NCBI GenBank assembly: GCA_028819195.1
Contig: JAPPMF010000009.1
Coordinates: 84,363 to 148,362 of the forward strand
Source: Gammaproteobacteria bacterium
Lineage (GTDB): Bacteria; Pseudomonadota; Gammaproteobacteria; Pseudomonadales; Azotimanducaceae
DNA: 64,000 nucleotides
Direction of reading: 5' to 3'
The position numbers and the translations under genes are program-made. Shown here in pieces: positions 50,711 through 60,845 of the stretch. Positions within the stretch are counted from its first letter, which is position 1. Each line of letters opens with the position of its first letter. The notes under the pieces are model-generated. The model did no database searches and was not told the DNA's origin. It was given only the letters and a program-made list of their open reading frames with translations.

Positions 50711-52087
50711 CTAAACAAAAGAAAAGGCACTTGGTTGTAAGAACGCGAGAATTTTGCGAACATCCGTTCCGTCCGCAACAAAGAAGATTAGATGGTCATT
50801 TTCTTGGAAGGTTGTTTCTTCAGCGATTTCTATCATTTGGTTCCCGCGGATTATCGTACCTAAACGTGCATTAGCTGGTAATTCGAGATCGGCAACGAGG
50901 GAACCTACGACTTTATTTGCTTTAGACGTTCCGCGTAGAACGGTTTCAAATATTTCACTTGTGCCAAGGCGCAATCGCCGCGCTGATTGAACGCTTCGTG
51001 AATGGAGTTGCGCTAAAACCGAACTCGCCGTAGAACGTTGAGGAGAAAAAGCCACATCTATCGAAGTTTCACTGATGAGTCTCAAATAATTGTCGTGACT
51101 CACGAGTGATACCGCACGTTTCGTTCCTTCCTTTTTAGCAGTGAGACAGGACATGAGATTAATCTCGTCGTTATTAGTAACTGCGATAAACATATCCGTA
51201 TCTTCCATTTCACACTCGTTCAATAGAGTTGAATCCGTCGCATCGCCCGTATAAACTATGCCATTATTAAGCACATGTGATGCTTCACGAGCGTGTACGG
51301 GGTCTTGTTCAATCAATCGCACAGTGTTTTCTTTTTGCAATGCTAAAGCTAGTTTAGTGCCAATGTGGCCACCTCCTGCGATACATATTTTCTTTTTCTT
51401 TTTTATTTCACCATGACATTTTGTCATAACTCGTTCAAGCTCTTGATCGGCTACAAGCAGATAAACCTCGTCATCTTCTAAAACGACATCATTGTTTTCT
51501 TCGGACAACCATCGGTCAATCCGAAAAGCAGCCAAGAAACGTGTATTGGGTGTCGGTCGCCAGCCAGAAATACTAGCTAAGGAAATGCCGGTAGGTGCAT
51601 AACCCAATCGAGTCTTGAACCCAACAATCGTAATTTTTGCATCTTGGAACGAAGCTATTTCAAGTGTATGTGGATATTTTGCTAACTGTTCGATTTGTTC
51701 GCCAATTACCCGTTCGGGGTTAATTACCAATACATTTTTTAGGTATGCTGACTTAAACTTTGTACAAGCTTCATATTCGTCGGATCGCAATCGTGCAATT
51801 ATGTTTGTTGTTGAATAAACCTCTCGGGCAATTTCCGCAGCAATGATGTTGACCTCGTCGACTCCGGTAACGGCAATAACCATATCGGCATCGTTAGTGT
51901 TTGCTTTTTCAAGGACGCTAGGGCGTGCTGCATTCCCTTGAATGGTGGTACAACCATCATACTTTCGTTCAAAAGACTTAAGAGTTTCGGCGTTTTCGTC
52001 TACGACCGTCATTTTGCTCGCATGACGATGCAATACGTCGGCAATCGAACCACCGACTGCACCACCACCTAAAATCACTACATACAT
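50711..52087 (-). CDS. trkA: Trk system NAD-binding protein TrkA
   Basis: Two Rossmann repeats (VVILGGGAVGGSIA; ICIAGGGHIGTKLA); 458 aa. Confidence 0.92.
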   Translation of the reverse strand: MYVVILGGGAVGGSIADVLHRHASKMTVVDENAETLKSFERKYDGCTTIQGNAARPSVLEKANTNDADMVIAVTGVDEVNIIAAEIAREVYSTTNIIARLRSDEYEACTKFKSAYLKNVLVINPERVIGEQIEQLAKYPHTLEIASFQDAKITIVGFKTRLGYAPTGISLASISGWRPTPNTRFLAAFRIDRWLSEENNDVVLEDDEVYLLVADQELERVMTKCHGEIKKKKKICIAGGGHIGTKLALALQKENTVRLIEQDPVHAREASHVLNNGIVYTGDATDSTLLNECEMEDTDMFIAVTNNDEINLMSCLTAKKEGTKRAVSLVSHDNYLRLISETSIDVAFSPQRSTASSVLAQLHSRSVQSARRLRLGTSEIFETVLRGTSKANKVVGSLVADLELPANARLGTIIRGNQMIEIAEETTFQENDHLIFFVADGTDVRKILAFLQPSAFSFV

Positions 52088-53376
52088 GCGTTAAATTTCT
52101 TAACCTTTCTCAGTCTACAAAAGTAGAAACCATCTGAACCACCTTCTTGTGGAATTGTTTGCCAACCATATTTTGTTGAAACCCCATACGGTAAGGTAAT
52201 TGCCTCGTTCGTGACGTCTTGATATTCCATTAAAAAACATTCAATAATTTCATCATTTTCGGCTTGGAATATCGAGCATGTCGTGTAGATCATACTTCCT
52301 CCATACTCCAGCATTTTCCACAACTTACGAATGAGTTTTCCTTGTAATTCTGCGTTTTCTTTCACACTTTCCGTAGTACAGTGCAGTTTAATGTCAGGAT
52401 GGCGGCGTAACGTGCCGGAACCTGAACATGGTGCGTCTAGTAGAATTCTTTGGAATCGCATGTCGTCGATTTCAGTTTCATTCGTCAGATCGGCTTGGAT
52501 GTAGGTGTGTTCGTGGAGAACATTATCGTTCGTTCGAATGTTCCACGTGGAACATCTAGTTTTGATATCTACTGAAATTATCTGGTTTTGTGGGTATAAG
52601 TCACGTATTTGACGCGTTTTTACACCAGGAAACGCACAGGCATCAAGAATTATGTCCGACGGAAGCGAATCTAAGAGTGGAACTGCCAGCTGTGAAGATA
52701 GATCCTGAACAGCAAAGTAATCTTCCTCGAATCCAGGTAACGTTTGCATCCGTTTGGGGTTAAGTACATTGATCGCATTGGGAACAACGGTTTTGCCGAA
52801 CTCAATCTGCTGTTCCTCTAGTAAAGCGCAATACTCCTGCACGGAAATCTCATTCACATTGATTCTGAGTGTCAATGATGGGTGTTGAGTATTATTTTCA
52901 AGAATTGATACAGCATGTAGTGGATATTCTGTTTGAATCCAATCAATGATCCAGTTAGGTAGTTCGTACTTTGAAGTGTTTTCCTGAATAGGAGTGGTAT
53001 TGTCGTATTTTCTTAGTACTGCATTAATCATCGAACTTGCCGAAGTTTTACCCAATTTCTTTATCGATTCAACTAAGTTATTTACACAAGCTGCCCGAGG
53101 GCTTGATGAAAATTGCAACTGACAGGCACCAATCAACAACACTGCCCACACTTCACGGTCAAGGGTTGTGTGATTACGGTTCAATAACATTCGAAGCCGT
53201 TCAGCTAGCGAGAAATAGTGTCGAAGTGTTTGAAAACAAAGGAACGAGACATTAGGATAGTGCTTAGACTCTCGATAACGTTGCAACGAAGTCTCTAGTG
53301 GTTGGCCATTGAAAACACGTAACAAAGCGCGCACGGCCAATACGGTGGCGCTGTGATTAGGTTTCGAACTGCACAC
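52078..53376 (-). CDS. rsmB: 16S rRNA m5C967 methyltransferase RsmB (Sun)
   Basis: N-terminal NusB-like domain, DACAFPGVKT SAM motif, DAPCSGSG, YTTCSI catalytic Cys; follows fmt. Confidence 0.92.
   Translation of the reverse strand: MCSSKPNHSATVLAVRALLRVFNGQPLETSLQRYRESKHYPNVSFLCFQTLRHYFSLAERLRMLLNRNHTTLDREVWAVLLIGACQLQFSSSPRAACVNNLVESIKKLGKTSASSMINAVLRKYDNTTPIQENTSKYELPNWIIDWIQTEYPLHAVSILENNTQHPSLTLRINVNEISVQEYCALLEEQQIEFGKTVVPNAINVLNPKRMQTLPGFEEDYFAVQDLSSQLAVPLLDSLPSDIILDACAFPGVKTRQIRDLYPQNQIISVDIKTRCSTWNIRTNDNVLHEHTYIQADLTNETEIDDMRFQRILLDAPCSGSGTLRRHPDIKLHCTTESVKENAELQGKLIRKLWKMLEYGGSMIYTTCSIFQAENDEIIECFLMEYQDVTNEAITLPYGVSTKYGWQTIPQEGGSDGFYFCRLRKVKKFNACM
52539..52554. other. parS centromere-like site (perfect TGTTCCACGTGGAACA) inside rsmB
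   Basis: The same 18-mer ATGTTCCACGTGGAACAT as at 49200-49217 occurs at 52538-52555. It encodes ...CSTWNI... of RsmB on the minus strand. Confidence 0.75.
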
Positions 53377-54292
53377 CAGAAGTAAACAACGTCTTATAGC
53401 CGTTTTTTGCTTGCTTAATCGACATTGGTATTCCTTTGCCTAAATTCAATTGAACTGCATGGACCCGTATCCCACCCTCTGCGGTACCAACGAGAACGTC
53501 GGAGTTCTGACAATAAACTACACCAGGCTCAAAGCTCCCAGGGATCACATTGGCACTGAGAATCCGAATTCGCACATCACTTTTCGAGGTGAAGGCAGGA
53601 TTGTGATCATAAAAAGCGCGGATTTGACGATCAATTTGGGTAGCGGAGTTTAACCAATTGATTCTTGCGTCTTCTTTCGTTAAACGCTTTGCATAGCTGG
53701 CTTGATTCGAATCTTGTGGTGTTGGTTCAGGGGTCGAATTGTTCCGTCTTTTAGACAAGTGTTCAATGAGCAGTTGAGCACCTTCTTGAGCTAGGATCTT
53801 GGTTAAACTGCGAGTGGTCTCGTGTCCCGTTAGATTTACACTACACTGGGCATATACCGGTCCAGCATCCAGTTGTTTTACTACTTGCATGATGCTTACA
53901 CCTGTCTTAGTATCTCCGGACAAAATCGTATGTTCTACAGGTGTGGCTCCTCGCCAACGTGGCAACAGGGAAGGATGTACGTTTACACATCCAAACCGGG
54001 GCGTCTTGATAACGTTTTCAGGGAGTATTTGCCCGTATGCTGCGACAACTAACAAGTCTAACCCTGCTAACAGAGAAAGTTGTTTGGTAATATTTGGTGG
54101 GCTTCCTACCGATATATTGCTAGACTCAGCAAAATCATGTACTGGTGTTTTCCGGATACGTTGCCCGCGACCTGTAGGTTTCGGTGGTTGAGTGAATACA
54201 ACGATAGGGCAAAATTCGGTTTGGACTAAGGCAGCTAGAATTGAAACAGCAAAAGCTGGGCTACCGGCGAAGCCCAATTTAAGTTTTGTCAA
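53357..54292 (-). CDS. fmt: Methionyl-tRNA formyltransferase
   Basis: FAGSPAFAV..., NVHPSLLPRWRGATP motif; def-fmt order. Confidence 0.95.
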   Translation of the reverse strand: MTKLKLGFAGSPAFAVSILAALVQTEFCPIVVFTQPPKPTGRGQRIRKTPVHDFAESSNISVGSPPNITKQLSLLAGLDLLVVAAYGQILPENVIKTPRFGCVNVHPSLLPRWRGATPVEHTILSGDTKTGVSIMQVVKQLDAGPVYAQCSVNLTGHETTRSLTKILAQEGAQLLIEHLSKRRNNSTPEPTPQDSNQASYAKRLTKEDARINWLNSATQIDRQIRAFYDHNPAFTSKSDVRIRILSANVIPGSFEPGVVYCQNSDVLVGTAEGGIRVHAVQLNLGKGIPMSIKQAKNGYKTLFTSGVQFET

Positions 54293-54294
54293 GC

Positions 54295-54795
54295 TTACGC
54301 GGCTGCCTTCATTTTCACTAGTTTTCGTCGAATTCGAGATTGTTTCAACGTCGATAAATAGTCGACAAACAACTTACCATCAAGATGGTCGATCTCATGT
54401 AAGATACAAGCAGCTTCTAACCCTGACGCGGATTTGGTAAATGGTTTCCCATGAATATCGACAGCCGAAACCTGAATGGATTGTGCGCGATTAACTTTTT
54501 CGAAAAAGCCGGGTACTGACAAGCAACCTTCTTCGACTGTTTGAGCTTTTTCTTGGGTTTGAATTTCTGGATTAATGAATGTTTGTAGTGCCTGGTGGTC
54601 TTTGGATAGGTCGATCACAAGAACGCGTAGTGGAACGCCGACTTGAATCGCGGCTAGCCCGATCCCATTTTCGTGATACATCGTATGTGCCATGTTCTCG
54701 ACCAGTGTTGCGAGATCGGCATTGAAATCCGTCACGGGTTTTGCAACGTGTCGTAATCTTGGGTCTGGATGGACTAATACTGAGAGTAACTGCAT
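54295..54795 (-). CDS. def: Peptide deformylase
   Basis: GIGLAAIQVG, EGCLSVPG and HEIDHLDG motifs. Confidence 0.97.
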   Translation of the reverse strand: MQLLSVLVHPDPRLRHVAKPVTDFNADLATLVENMAHTMYHENGIGLAAIQVGVPLRVLVIDLSKDHQALQTFINPEIQTQEKAQTVEEGCLSVPGFFEKVNRAQSIQVSAVDIHGKPFTKSASGLEAACILHEIDHLDGKLFVDYLSTLKQSRIRRKLVKMKAAA

Positions 54796-55136
54796 AAGCT
54801 TAGTGTGAGATTCGACGAAATGGAGTTAAGTCGTTATATCTCAAAAATCTTCATTATTTTATCCGTGAGGGGTGTCACAACGGGATTGTTCGTATTGACA
54901 ATCGTAGTTACGCGCGATATTCCTTCAGATTTCAGCGATGTTTAACCGGATACCACGAGAAACAACTACGAAAATAGAGCAAATGGCATGGAATTTAGAC
55001 AAACACCACGTTAGCAATGGGTTTATAGTCGGGAGAGACGCCCCGTCGCTGAGAACGAGCTGTACTTACGAACTTGCCTGTGCGACGGGTTTTAGAATTG
55101 AGTTGATACCTTAGTCGAGCGCCAAAAACGGGTTAC

Positions 55137-56150
55137 TCAATCATCTAAAGCGTCTTTCGTGGTCCGAACAATAACTGACGCCACTTTGTAAGGATCGGCA
55201 TTCGAGGCAGGCCGACGATCTTCTAATCTACCTTTCCAACCGTCTTCTACCGTAGCAACTGGGATTCGAATCGAAGCACCCCGATCGTAAAGCCCGTAAG
55301 TAAACTGGTCGATCGACTGTGTTTCATGTAATCCGGTTAGACGTTGTTCGTTATCGGCACCATACACATCTATATGTCTGCGAATATTGCGACCAAACTC
55401 CTCACAGATTTTGGTAAACAGCGATTCATCGCCCTTAGAACGCATAACACCATTCGAAAAGTTGGCGTGCATGCCGGAACCATTCCAGTCGGTTTGCCCC
55501 AATGGTTTAGGATGCCAATTGATTCCGTACCCCCACTTCTCAGCATTTCGTTCCGCCAAGTAGCGTGCGACCCACGTTTGGTCGCCGGCACTTTTCGCAC
55601 CTCTGGCGAAAATTTGGAATTCCCACTGACCAGCGGCGACTTCTGCGTTGATACCTTCGACATTAATGCCAGCTTCAAGACACTGATCCAAGTGATCTTC
55701 GACACATTCACGTCCGAAGTTATTTTCCGCGCCTACCGAACAATAATACGGTCCCTGTGGTCGCGGGAAACCTTTAACGGGGAAGCCAGGGGGTAAAGAG
55801 GTCTCAAGATCCCACAGAAAGTACTCTTGTTCAAATCCAAACCAAAAGTCGTCATCGTCGTCATCAATAAGCGCGCGCCCGTTAGAATCGTGCGGTTCGC
55901 CGTCAGCATCGAGAACCTCCGTCATAACAAGAAAACCATCTTTTCGCGCCGGATCGCGGAAGATAGCGACCGGACGTAGTATTAAGTCGGAGGTGCTCCC
56001 TTCTGCTTGGGCGGTTGAACTACCATCGAATGACCAATCTGGACAAGACTCAAGACGTCCATCAAAGTTAGTTTCGATGCGGGTTTTGCTACGGAGACTC
56101 TGTGTGGGTACATATCCATCGAGCCAAATATATTCAAGTTTTGCTTTCAT
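55137..56150 (-). CDS. glnII: Glutamine synthetase type II (GlnII-like, 337 aa)
   Basis: KLEYIWLDGYVPTQSLRSKTRI...WSFDGSSTAQAEGSTSDLILRPVAIFRDPAR...FWFGFEQEYFLW is collinear with rhizobial and eukaryotic-type GSII as I remember it. Confidence 0.88.
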   Translation of the reverse strand: MKAKLEYIWLDGYVPTQSLRSKTRIETNFDGRLESCPDWSFDGSSTAQAEGSTSDLILRPVAIFRDPARKDGFLVMTEVLDADGEPHDSNGRALIDDDDDDFWFGFEQEYFLWDLETSLPPGFPVKGFPRPQGPYYCSVGAENNFGRECVEDHLDQCLEAGINVEGINAEVAAGQWEFQIFARGAKSAGDQTWVARYLAERNAEKWGYGINWHPKPLGQTDWNGSGMHANFSNGVMRSKGDESLFTKICEEFGRNIRRHIDVYGADNEQRLTGLHETQSIDQFTYGLYDRGASIRIPVATVEDGWKGRLEDRRPASNADPYKVASVIVRTTKDALDD

Positions 56151-56281
56151 ATTAAAAATTGTTTAGTTGCTGTTAAAAAATATATCCAATCCCACGACGG
56201 GTACTGGAAAAACAAGTCATTTGTACGACGTAATCTGCTTTTTCGCAGACTAGACATACGGCTATAAATTTTACTGAATTA

Positions 56282-56995
56282 CTAGTCGGTCGAAAATCGA
56301 GGGCTGCGTGATACTTCAGCGGCGTATACATCCGAACGATTTTGGTAGGGTTGATCGTCTAATTTGAAATATCGTGAACGCATGACGCGGTCCCGATTGT
56401 ATGGTGGAGTGAATATATCGATCATACGGGTAAATTTCTCGGCATGGAGAGAATGGATGTTACCACGAGTTGCCGTAAGTATCGCTGAGTCTCCATTTGT
56501 CATTACCAGTGAGCGTTCTTTTTGTAGTAATGGTCGATTGTTGTCGCTTGTCTCTTCCAATTTGTCAAAGTGTTCTACTTTGACACGACCTTCTACACAC
56601 AGGATAACGCCAGTCATATCGGGATGGTCGTGCAGTGGAATGAGTTCGTCTTCGGCAAACTCTATAAGCGAAATTTCAAACTGAGATTCGCGGTGGAGTG
56701 CCCTAATTTCTGGGAAGTACGGATTGCGATCTCGATAATTCTCGACAAATCGTTGAATGTGCCCATCTTGGACATGCAGTTTTTGCAATATCTTCTCGAT
56801 TTTGAGGGTATACTCATCTTGGTCCCAATCGGTTTCAAATTGCACGGTGGAAAGTTCAGCACAATGCTGTAGAAAGTCTTCCCAACTGAGCAGATCTTCT
56901 TTCGCCATAGTTTTTTTAATGATGGGGAATGCTGATAGTGCGAGCAAAGCTCCGCCGCTGAGTTTGATAACGGAACGACGAGAAACGAGGGACAA
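56282..56995 (-). CDS. Tat-signal cupin-fold protein (cysteine-dioxygenase-like 3-His motif)
   Basis: Twin-arginine motif SRRSVIKL plus a hydrophobic stretch and TMA-K. Cupin motifs PLHDHPDMTGVILCVEGRVKVEHF and GNIHSLHA. Confidence 0.5.
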   Translation of the reverse strand: MSLVSRRSVIKLSGGALLALSAFPIIKKTMAKEDLLSWEDFLQHCAELSTVQFETDWDQDEYTLKIEKILQKLHVQDGHIQRFVENYRDRNPYFPEIRALHRESQFEISLIEFAEDELIPLHDHPDMTGVILCVEGRVKVEHFDKLEETSDNNRPLLQKERSLVMTNGDSAILTATRGNIHSLHAEKFTRMIDIFTPPYNRDRVMRSRYFKLDDQPYQNRSDVYAAEVSRSPRFSTD

Positions 56996-57047
56996 ATCGA
57001 AATCTCAATCCAACAATGAGGTAGGGAATTTTAACGAGTACTTAACT

Positions 57048-58013
57048 TCAGTCATTTGTGATCGACGCACTTTGAGTCACGAGACTAAGGTAATTGTTGA
57101 AGCGGCGTTCTTCAAGAATTCCATCTTGTCGCGCTGCTTGGATTTGACAGTCAGGTTCATTTGTGTGTGAGCAATTGGAGAAATTACAACGCGCGATCAG
57201 GGACTCGATATCAGGAAAGGTCAGTTCAAGACTGACTTTCGAATTTGCTATAGCGAGTTCTCGCACACCAGGAATGTCAATGATCAATCCGCCATCTTGA
57301 AGTAAAAAAAGTCGTCGTGACGATGTCGTATGTCGACCTTTTTGATCGTGAGCCCGTGTTTGCGCCGTGCGTTGCACCTCGGCGCCGAGTAAGGTGTTGA
57401 TTATCGTAGATTTACCGACACCAGACGCCCCCATAAACAATCCGGTAACCCCTTCTTTTAGCAAACTTCGAAGGGGATCCAAATCCGCGCGCTCGCGACA
57501 GTCGACAACAAACAAGGAAGCACGATAAGCAAGGCGAAGAATACGTTTGACAAACGAATTGAAATTCGGGACGAGATCTCGTTTGGACAAAACAATATGG
57601 GGTAAAGTATTAGAAAGCTCAGCAAGCGCAAGGTATCGTTCAAGCTTGGATTCGTTGATATCTTCCGTGCACGAGATAACGATAAAGATCAAATTGACAT
57701 TAGCGGCGATGGTTTGTGGTTCAGGTTGTTGTGGAACGTTACGTTTGATAGCATTCAGTCGTGGAAGTAGCTCTGTGAGATGTGGTTGATCTTTTGAAGC
57801 TAAGACCCAGTCGCCCACCGCGGGTCGCTGAGAATCTTCACTACTGAACCATCTCCCTCGGATGGGGAGTTCGTAATTGGAGTTTCCGTCATGAACTCGC
57901 AACTGGTGACGATGAATTGTTACAACTCGCGCGGGTTTGAGAGCTGCATTGGTTTGCCGAAGGCGTGCTTGGGGCTCGAATTGCTCAGACCAACCAAGAT
58001 TTTTTAGAGACAT
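57048..58013 (-). CDS. rsgA: Ribosome small-subunit-dependent GTPase A
   Basis: Circularly permuted GTPase (SKRDL ... GASGVGKSTIIN) with a C-terminal zinc knuckle, CNFSNCSHTNEPDC. Confidence 0.92.
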   Translation of the reverse strand: MSLKNLGWSEQFEPQARLRQTNAALKPARVVTIHRHQLRVHDGNSNYELPIRGRWFSSEDSQRPAVGDWVLASKDQPHLTELLPRLNAIKRNVPQQPEPQTIAANVNLIFIVISCTEDINESKLERYLALAELSNTLPHIVLSKRDLVPNFNSFVKRILRLAYRASLFVVDCRERADLDPLRSLLKEGVTGLFMGASGVGKSTIINTLLGAEVQRTAQTRAHDQKGRHTTSSRRLFLLQDGGLIIDIPGVRELAIANSKVSLELTFPDIESLIARCNFSNCSHTNEPDCQIQAARQDGILEERRFNNYLSLVTQSASITND

Positions 58014-58122
58014 CTGGTACTGCTATTGGCAGATTTCTCCATCGTTTTGACTTAATCCTAGTACATATTACGTTAGAGGCATAAAATTGAGTGACTGCTA
58101 AACACGCGAAACTACAAACCCG

Positions 58123-60735
58123 ATGTCTGACCGCCAAGATTCTTGGAATATAGAAAAACATGAATGGCATGCCGCCCTAGCCAACGTGATTCAAGAACGA
58201 GGGGAAGATGAAGCGCGACAACTACTAATTGATTTACTGCAATCCATCGACTATATTGAAAGTTCAGATATTTTTAATACCCCTTATTTGAACACTATAC
58301 ACCGGCAAGAAGAAATTCCGTATCCAGGTAATTTAGACCTAGAACAAAAAATCGAAAATATTTTGCGTTGGAACGCGGCTGCGATGGTCTTACGTGCTGC
58401 TGACAGTGGAACTGGCGTAGGCGGTCATATTGGTACGTATTTTTCTACTTCAACGTTATTGGAAGTCGGCTTTAACCACTTCTTTGATCGCAATCGGGGA
58501 GACCAAGTTCATGTTCAGGCTCATGCTTCTCCAGGCGTATATGCACGAGCTTTTTTAGAAGGTCGATTAACACAAAAAAACCTGGAAAATTTCAGACGGG
58601 AAGGTGAGCAGGGTGGTGGTTTGCCCTCCTATCCTCACCCTCGGCGCTTACCTGAATTTTGGACGATGCCAACGGCGAGTATGGGGCTATCCACCCCACT
58701 CGGCATCCACCAAGCTCGAATGATCAAATATTTGGAAAACCGCGGATTGATTGAGAAAAGTGACGCCAAGATTTGGTTGTTCGTCGGTGACGGTGAAACC
58801 GACGAACCGGAAGTTATCGGTTCTTTAAGTGTCGCAGCACGCGAACAACTCGATAACTTAATCATGGTGGTGAACTGTAATTTACAGCGATTAGACGGTC
58901 CAGTCAGGGGAAATGGCAAAATCATTCAAGAACTTGAACGGGCCTACCTTGGGGCTGGTTGGCACGTCATCAAATTGGTTTGGAGTAGCGACTGGGATGT
59001 CTTCTTCGAGCGCGATCGCTCACAAACATTAGTTAGTCGGCTGAGCGAAATTGTCGATGGAGACTACCAGTTGTATAACGCATCAAGTGGTAGCGTGATT
59101 CGTGAGCACTTGCTGGGAAACAATGAACCAATTATTGACTTGTTTCGTGATTGTACGGACGACGACATCAAGTCTTTACGCGCAGGAGGTCATGATCCCA
59201 TCAAGATCTATAACGCCTTTGCTAGGGCGATGTCAGTACATGGGCAACCGTGCGTTATCTTGGCGAAAACTGTTAAAGGCGACGGAATGGGATCGAAATC
59301 TGTTGGTAAGAACACGATCCATCAGAAAAAACAACTGACCAAGACGGAACGGATGGAACTTGCTCACTCACTGGATATTCCATTGCCTGAAGCGTCAATA
59401 GCACAGGCTGAGTTTTATCAACCGTCGGAAGACAGTCCCGAAATGGAATACTTTCAAAGTCACCTGCGAAAGGCAGGTGGTGGTCTACCAGTACGTTCAG
59501 TTCAGTGCAAAGCATTGGATGCCCCTGCGAAAGACGCGTTCAAAGATCTGCTCGCTGGTTCTGGCGATCGAGAAATCTCGACCACTATGTCTTTGGTACG
59601 ACTGCTCCAGCGGCTATTACGGGATAAAACTTTTGGTAAATACATCGTACCCATCGTACCGGATGAAGCTCGGACTTTCGGTATGGATGGGTTGATCGCG
59701 CAAACGGGGATCTACTCCCCGCTTGGCCAACAATATACGCCAGTTGATGCCGATACCATTGCCCCATATCGGGAATCTACAGAAGGGCAAATTCTGCAGG
59801 AAGGCATTTGTGAAGCTGGAGCGATGTCAGCATTTGCAGCAGCTGGCACTGCCAATGCCATGCACGGTGTTCCGTTGGTACCGTTCTACTTCTTTTACTC
59901 TATGTTTGGATTTCAACGAGTTGGCGATTTAATTTGGGCTTGTGGCGACATGATGTGTAAGGGTTTTCTCATTGGCGCCACCTCAGGTCGAACTACCTTG
60001 AATGGAGAAGGTGTGCAACACCAAGATGGACATTCACACGTTCTCGCCTCTACGGTACCCAATCTGCGGAGTTATGATCCGGCATTCGCTTATGAGATCG
60101 CGGTGATCGTACGCGAAGGATGGAAACAAATGTTTAAGTACCACGACGACATGTTCTATTACTTGACTGTGACTAATCAGAACTATCGGATGCCAGCGAT
60201 GCCTGAAAACGTTGAATTGGGAATAATGAAAGGCATGTATCCATTGGACTACCACCAAAATGCAACGATAAATCTGTTTGGTAGCGGTGCGATCATGACC
60301 GAAATCCTGTCGGCCGCGAACACCTTACGAGAGTTGGGGTATTCGGTAAGTGTGTGGAGTGTCACAAGTTACGTCGAGCTGCAAAGAAATGCGTTGGATA
60401 CAGTCGCAGAGGATAGAGAGTACAACACGCAGGGTAAAGACACGCCATACGTCACTCAGTTGCTTGGCGAAGAGTCCGGAATATTTGTCGCCGCGAGTGA
60501 CTATCAAAAATCTCTACCGCTCATGATTGCACCATGGGTACCTGGTGAATACAGTGTATTAGGTACCGACGGGTATGGCTTTTCAGATTCACGGGAAGCG
60601 TTACGTAGTAGTTTTGCCGTGTCAGCAGATTGGATTTGTTATACTGCCTTACACACGCTCAACTGTCGCACACAAAAAGTACCATTCGAGGACATAAACC
60701 GGTTCTTCGACGCGTTGAACCTTGCATGCGACTAA
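58123..60735 (+). CDS. aceE: Pyruvate dehydrogenase E1 component, homodimeric type
   Basis: 870 aa. GGHIGTYFS, FVGDGETDEPE (ThDP motif) and typical E1p length. No aceF or lpd follows. Confidence 0.92.
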   Translation: MSDRQDSWNIEKHEWHAALANVIQERGEDEARQLLIDLLQSIDYIESSDIFNTPYLNTIHRQEEIPYPGNLDLEQKIENILRWNAAAMVLRAADSGTGVGGHIGTYFSTSTLLEVGFNHFFDRNRGDQVHVQAHASPGVYARAFLEGRLTQKNLENFRREGEQGGGLPSYPHPRRLPEFWTMPTASMGLSTPLGIHQARMIKYLENRGLIEKSDAKIWLFVGDGETDEPEVIGSLSVAAREQLDNLIMVVNCNLQRLDGPVRGNGKIIQELERAYLGAGWHVIKLVWSSDWDVFFERDRSQTLVSRLSEIVDGDYQLYNASSGSVIREHLLGNNEPIIDLFRDCTDDDIKSLRAGGHDPIKIYNAFARAMSVHGQPCVILAKTVKGDGMGSKSVGKNTIHQKKQLTKTERMELAHSLDIPLPEASIAQAEFYQPSEDSPEMEYFQSHLRKAGGGLPVRSVQCKALDAPAKDAFKDLLAGSGDREISTTMSLVRLLQRLLRDKTFGKYIVPIVPDEARTFGMDGLIAQTGIYSPLGQQYTPVDADTIAPYRESTEGQILQEGICEAGAMSAFAAAGTANAMHGVPLVPFYFFYSMFGFQRVGDLIWACGDMMCKGFLIGATSGRTTLNGEGVQHQDGHSHVLASTVPNLRSYDPAFAYEIAVIVREGWKQMFKYHDDMFYYLTVTNQNYRMPAMPENVELGIMKGMYPLDYHQNATINLFGSGAIMTEILSAANTLRELGYSVSVWSVTSYVELQRNALDTVAEDREYNTQGKDTPYVTQLLGEESGIFVAASDYQKSLPLMIAPWVPGEYSVLGTDGYGFSDSREALRSSFAVSADWICYTALHTLNCRTQKVPFEDINRFFDALNLACD

Positions 60736-60786
60736 AGTAAAACTACCGTTATTTGCGCATAACAGAGCACGCAACGCGTGTGTAAT

Positions 60787-60810
60787 GAGGTGAGATGTCT
60801 CTCTTACCTC
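60787..60810. terminator. Weak hairpin between convergent aceE and the transporter gene
   Basis: GAGGTGAGA-tgtc-TCTCTTACCTC forms a 9-bp stem with one G.U pair. No clear U-tract on either strand. Confidence 0.25.
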
Positions 60811-60845
60811 TGAGCCATCACTTTAAATCGGCTTGGAGAGTTTTC

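Noticed and set aside
55800-55880. Poly-aspartate run (DDDDDD) in the glutamine synthetase as a possible insertion or low-complexity anomaly
   Set aside because: It occupies the position of the acidic DDEDAWFGFEQEYF segment that I recall in other GSII enzymes, so it is probably a normal family feature.
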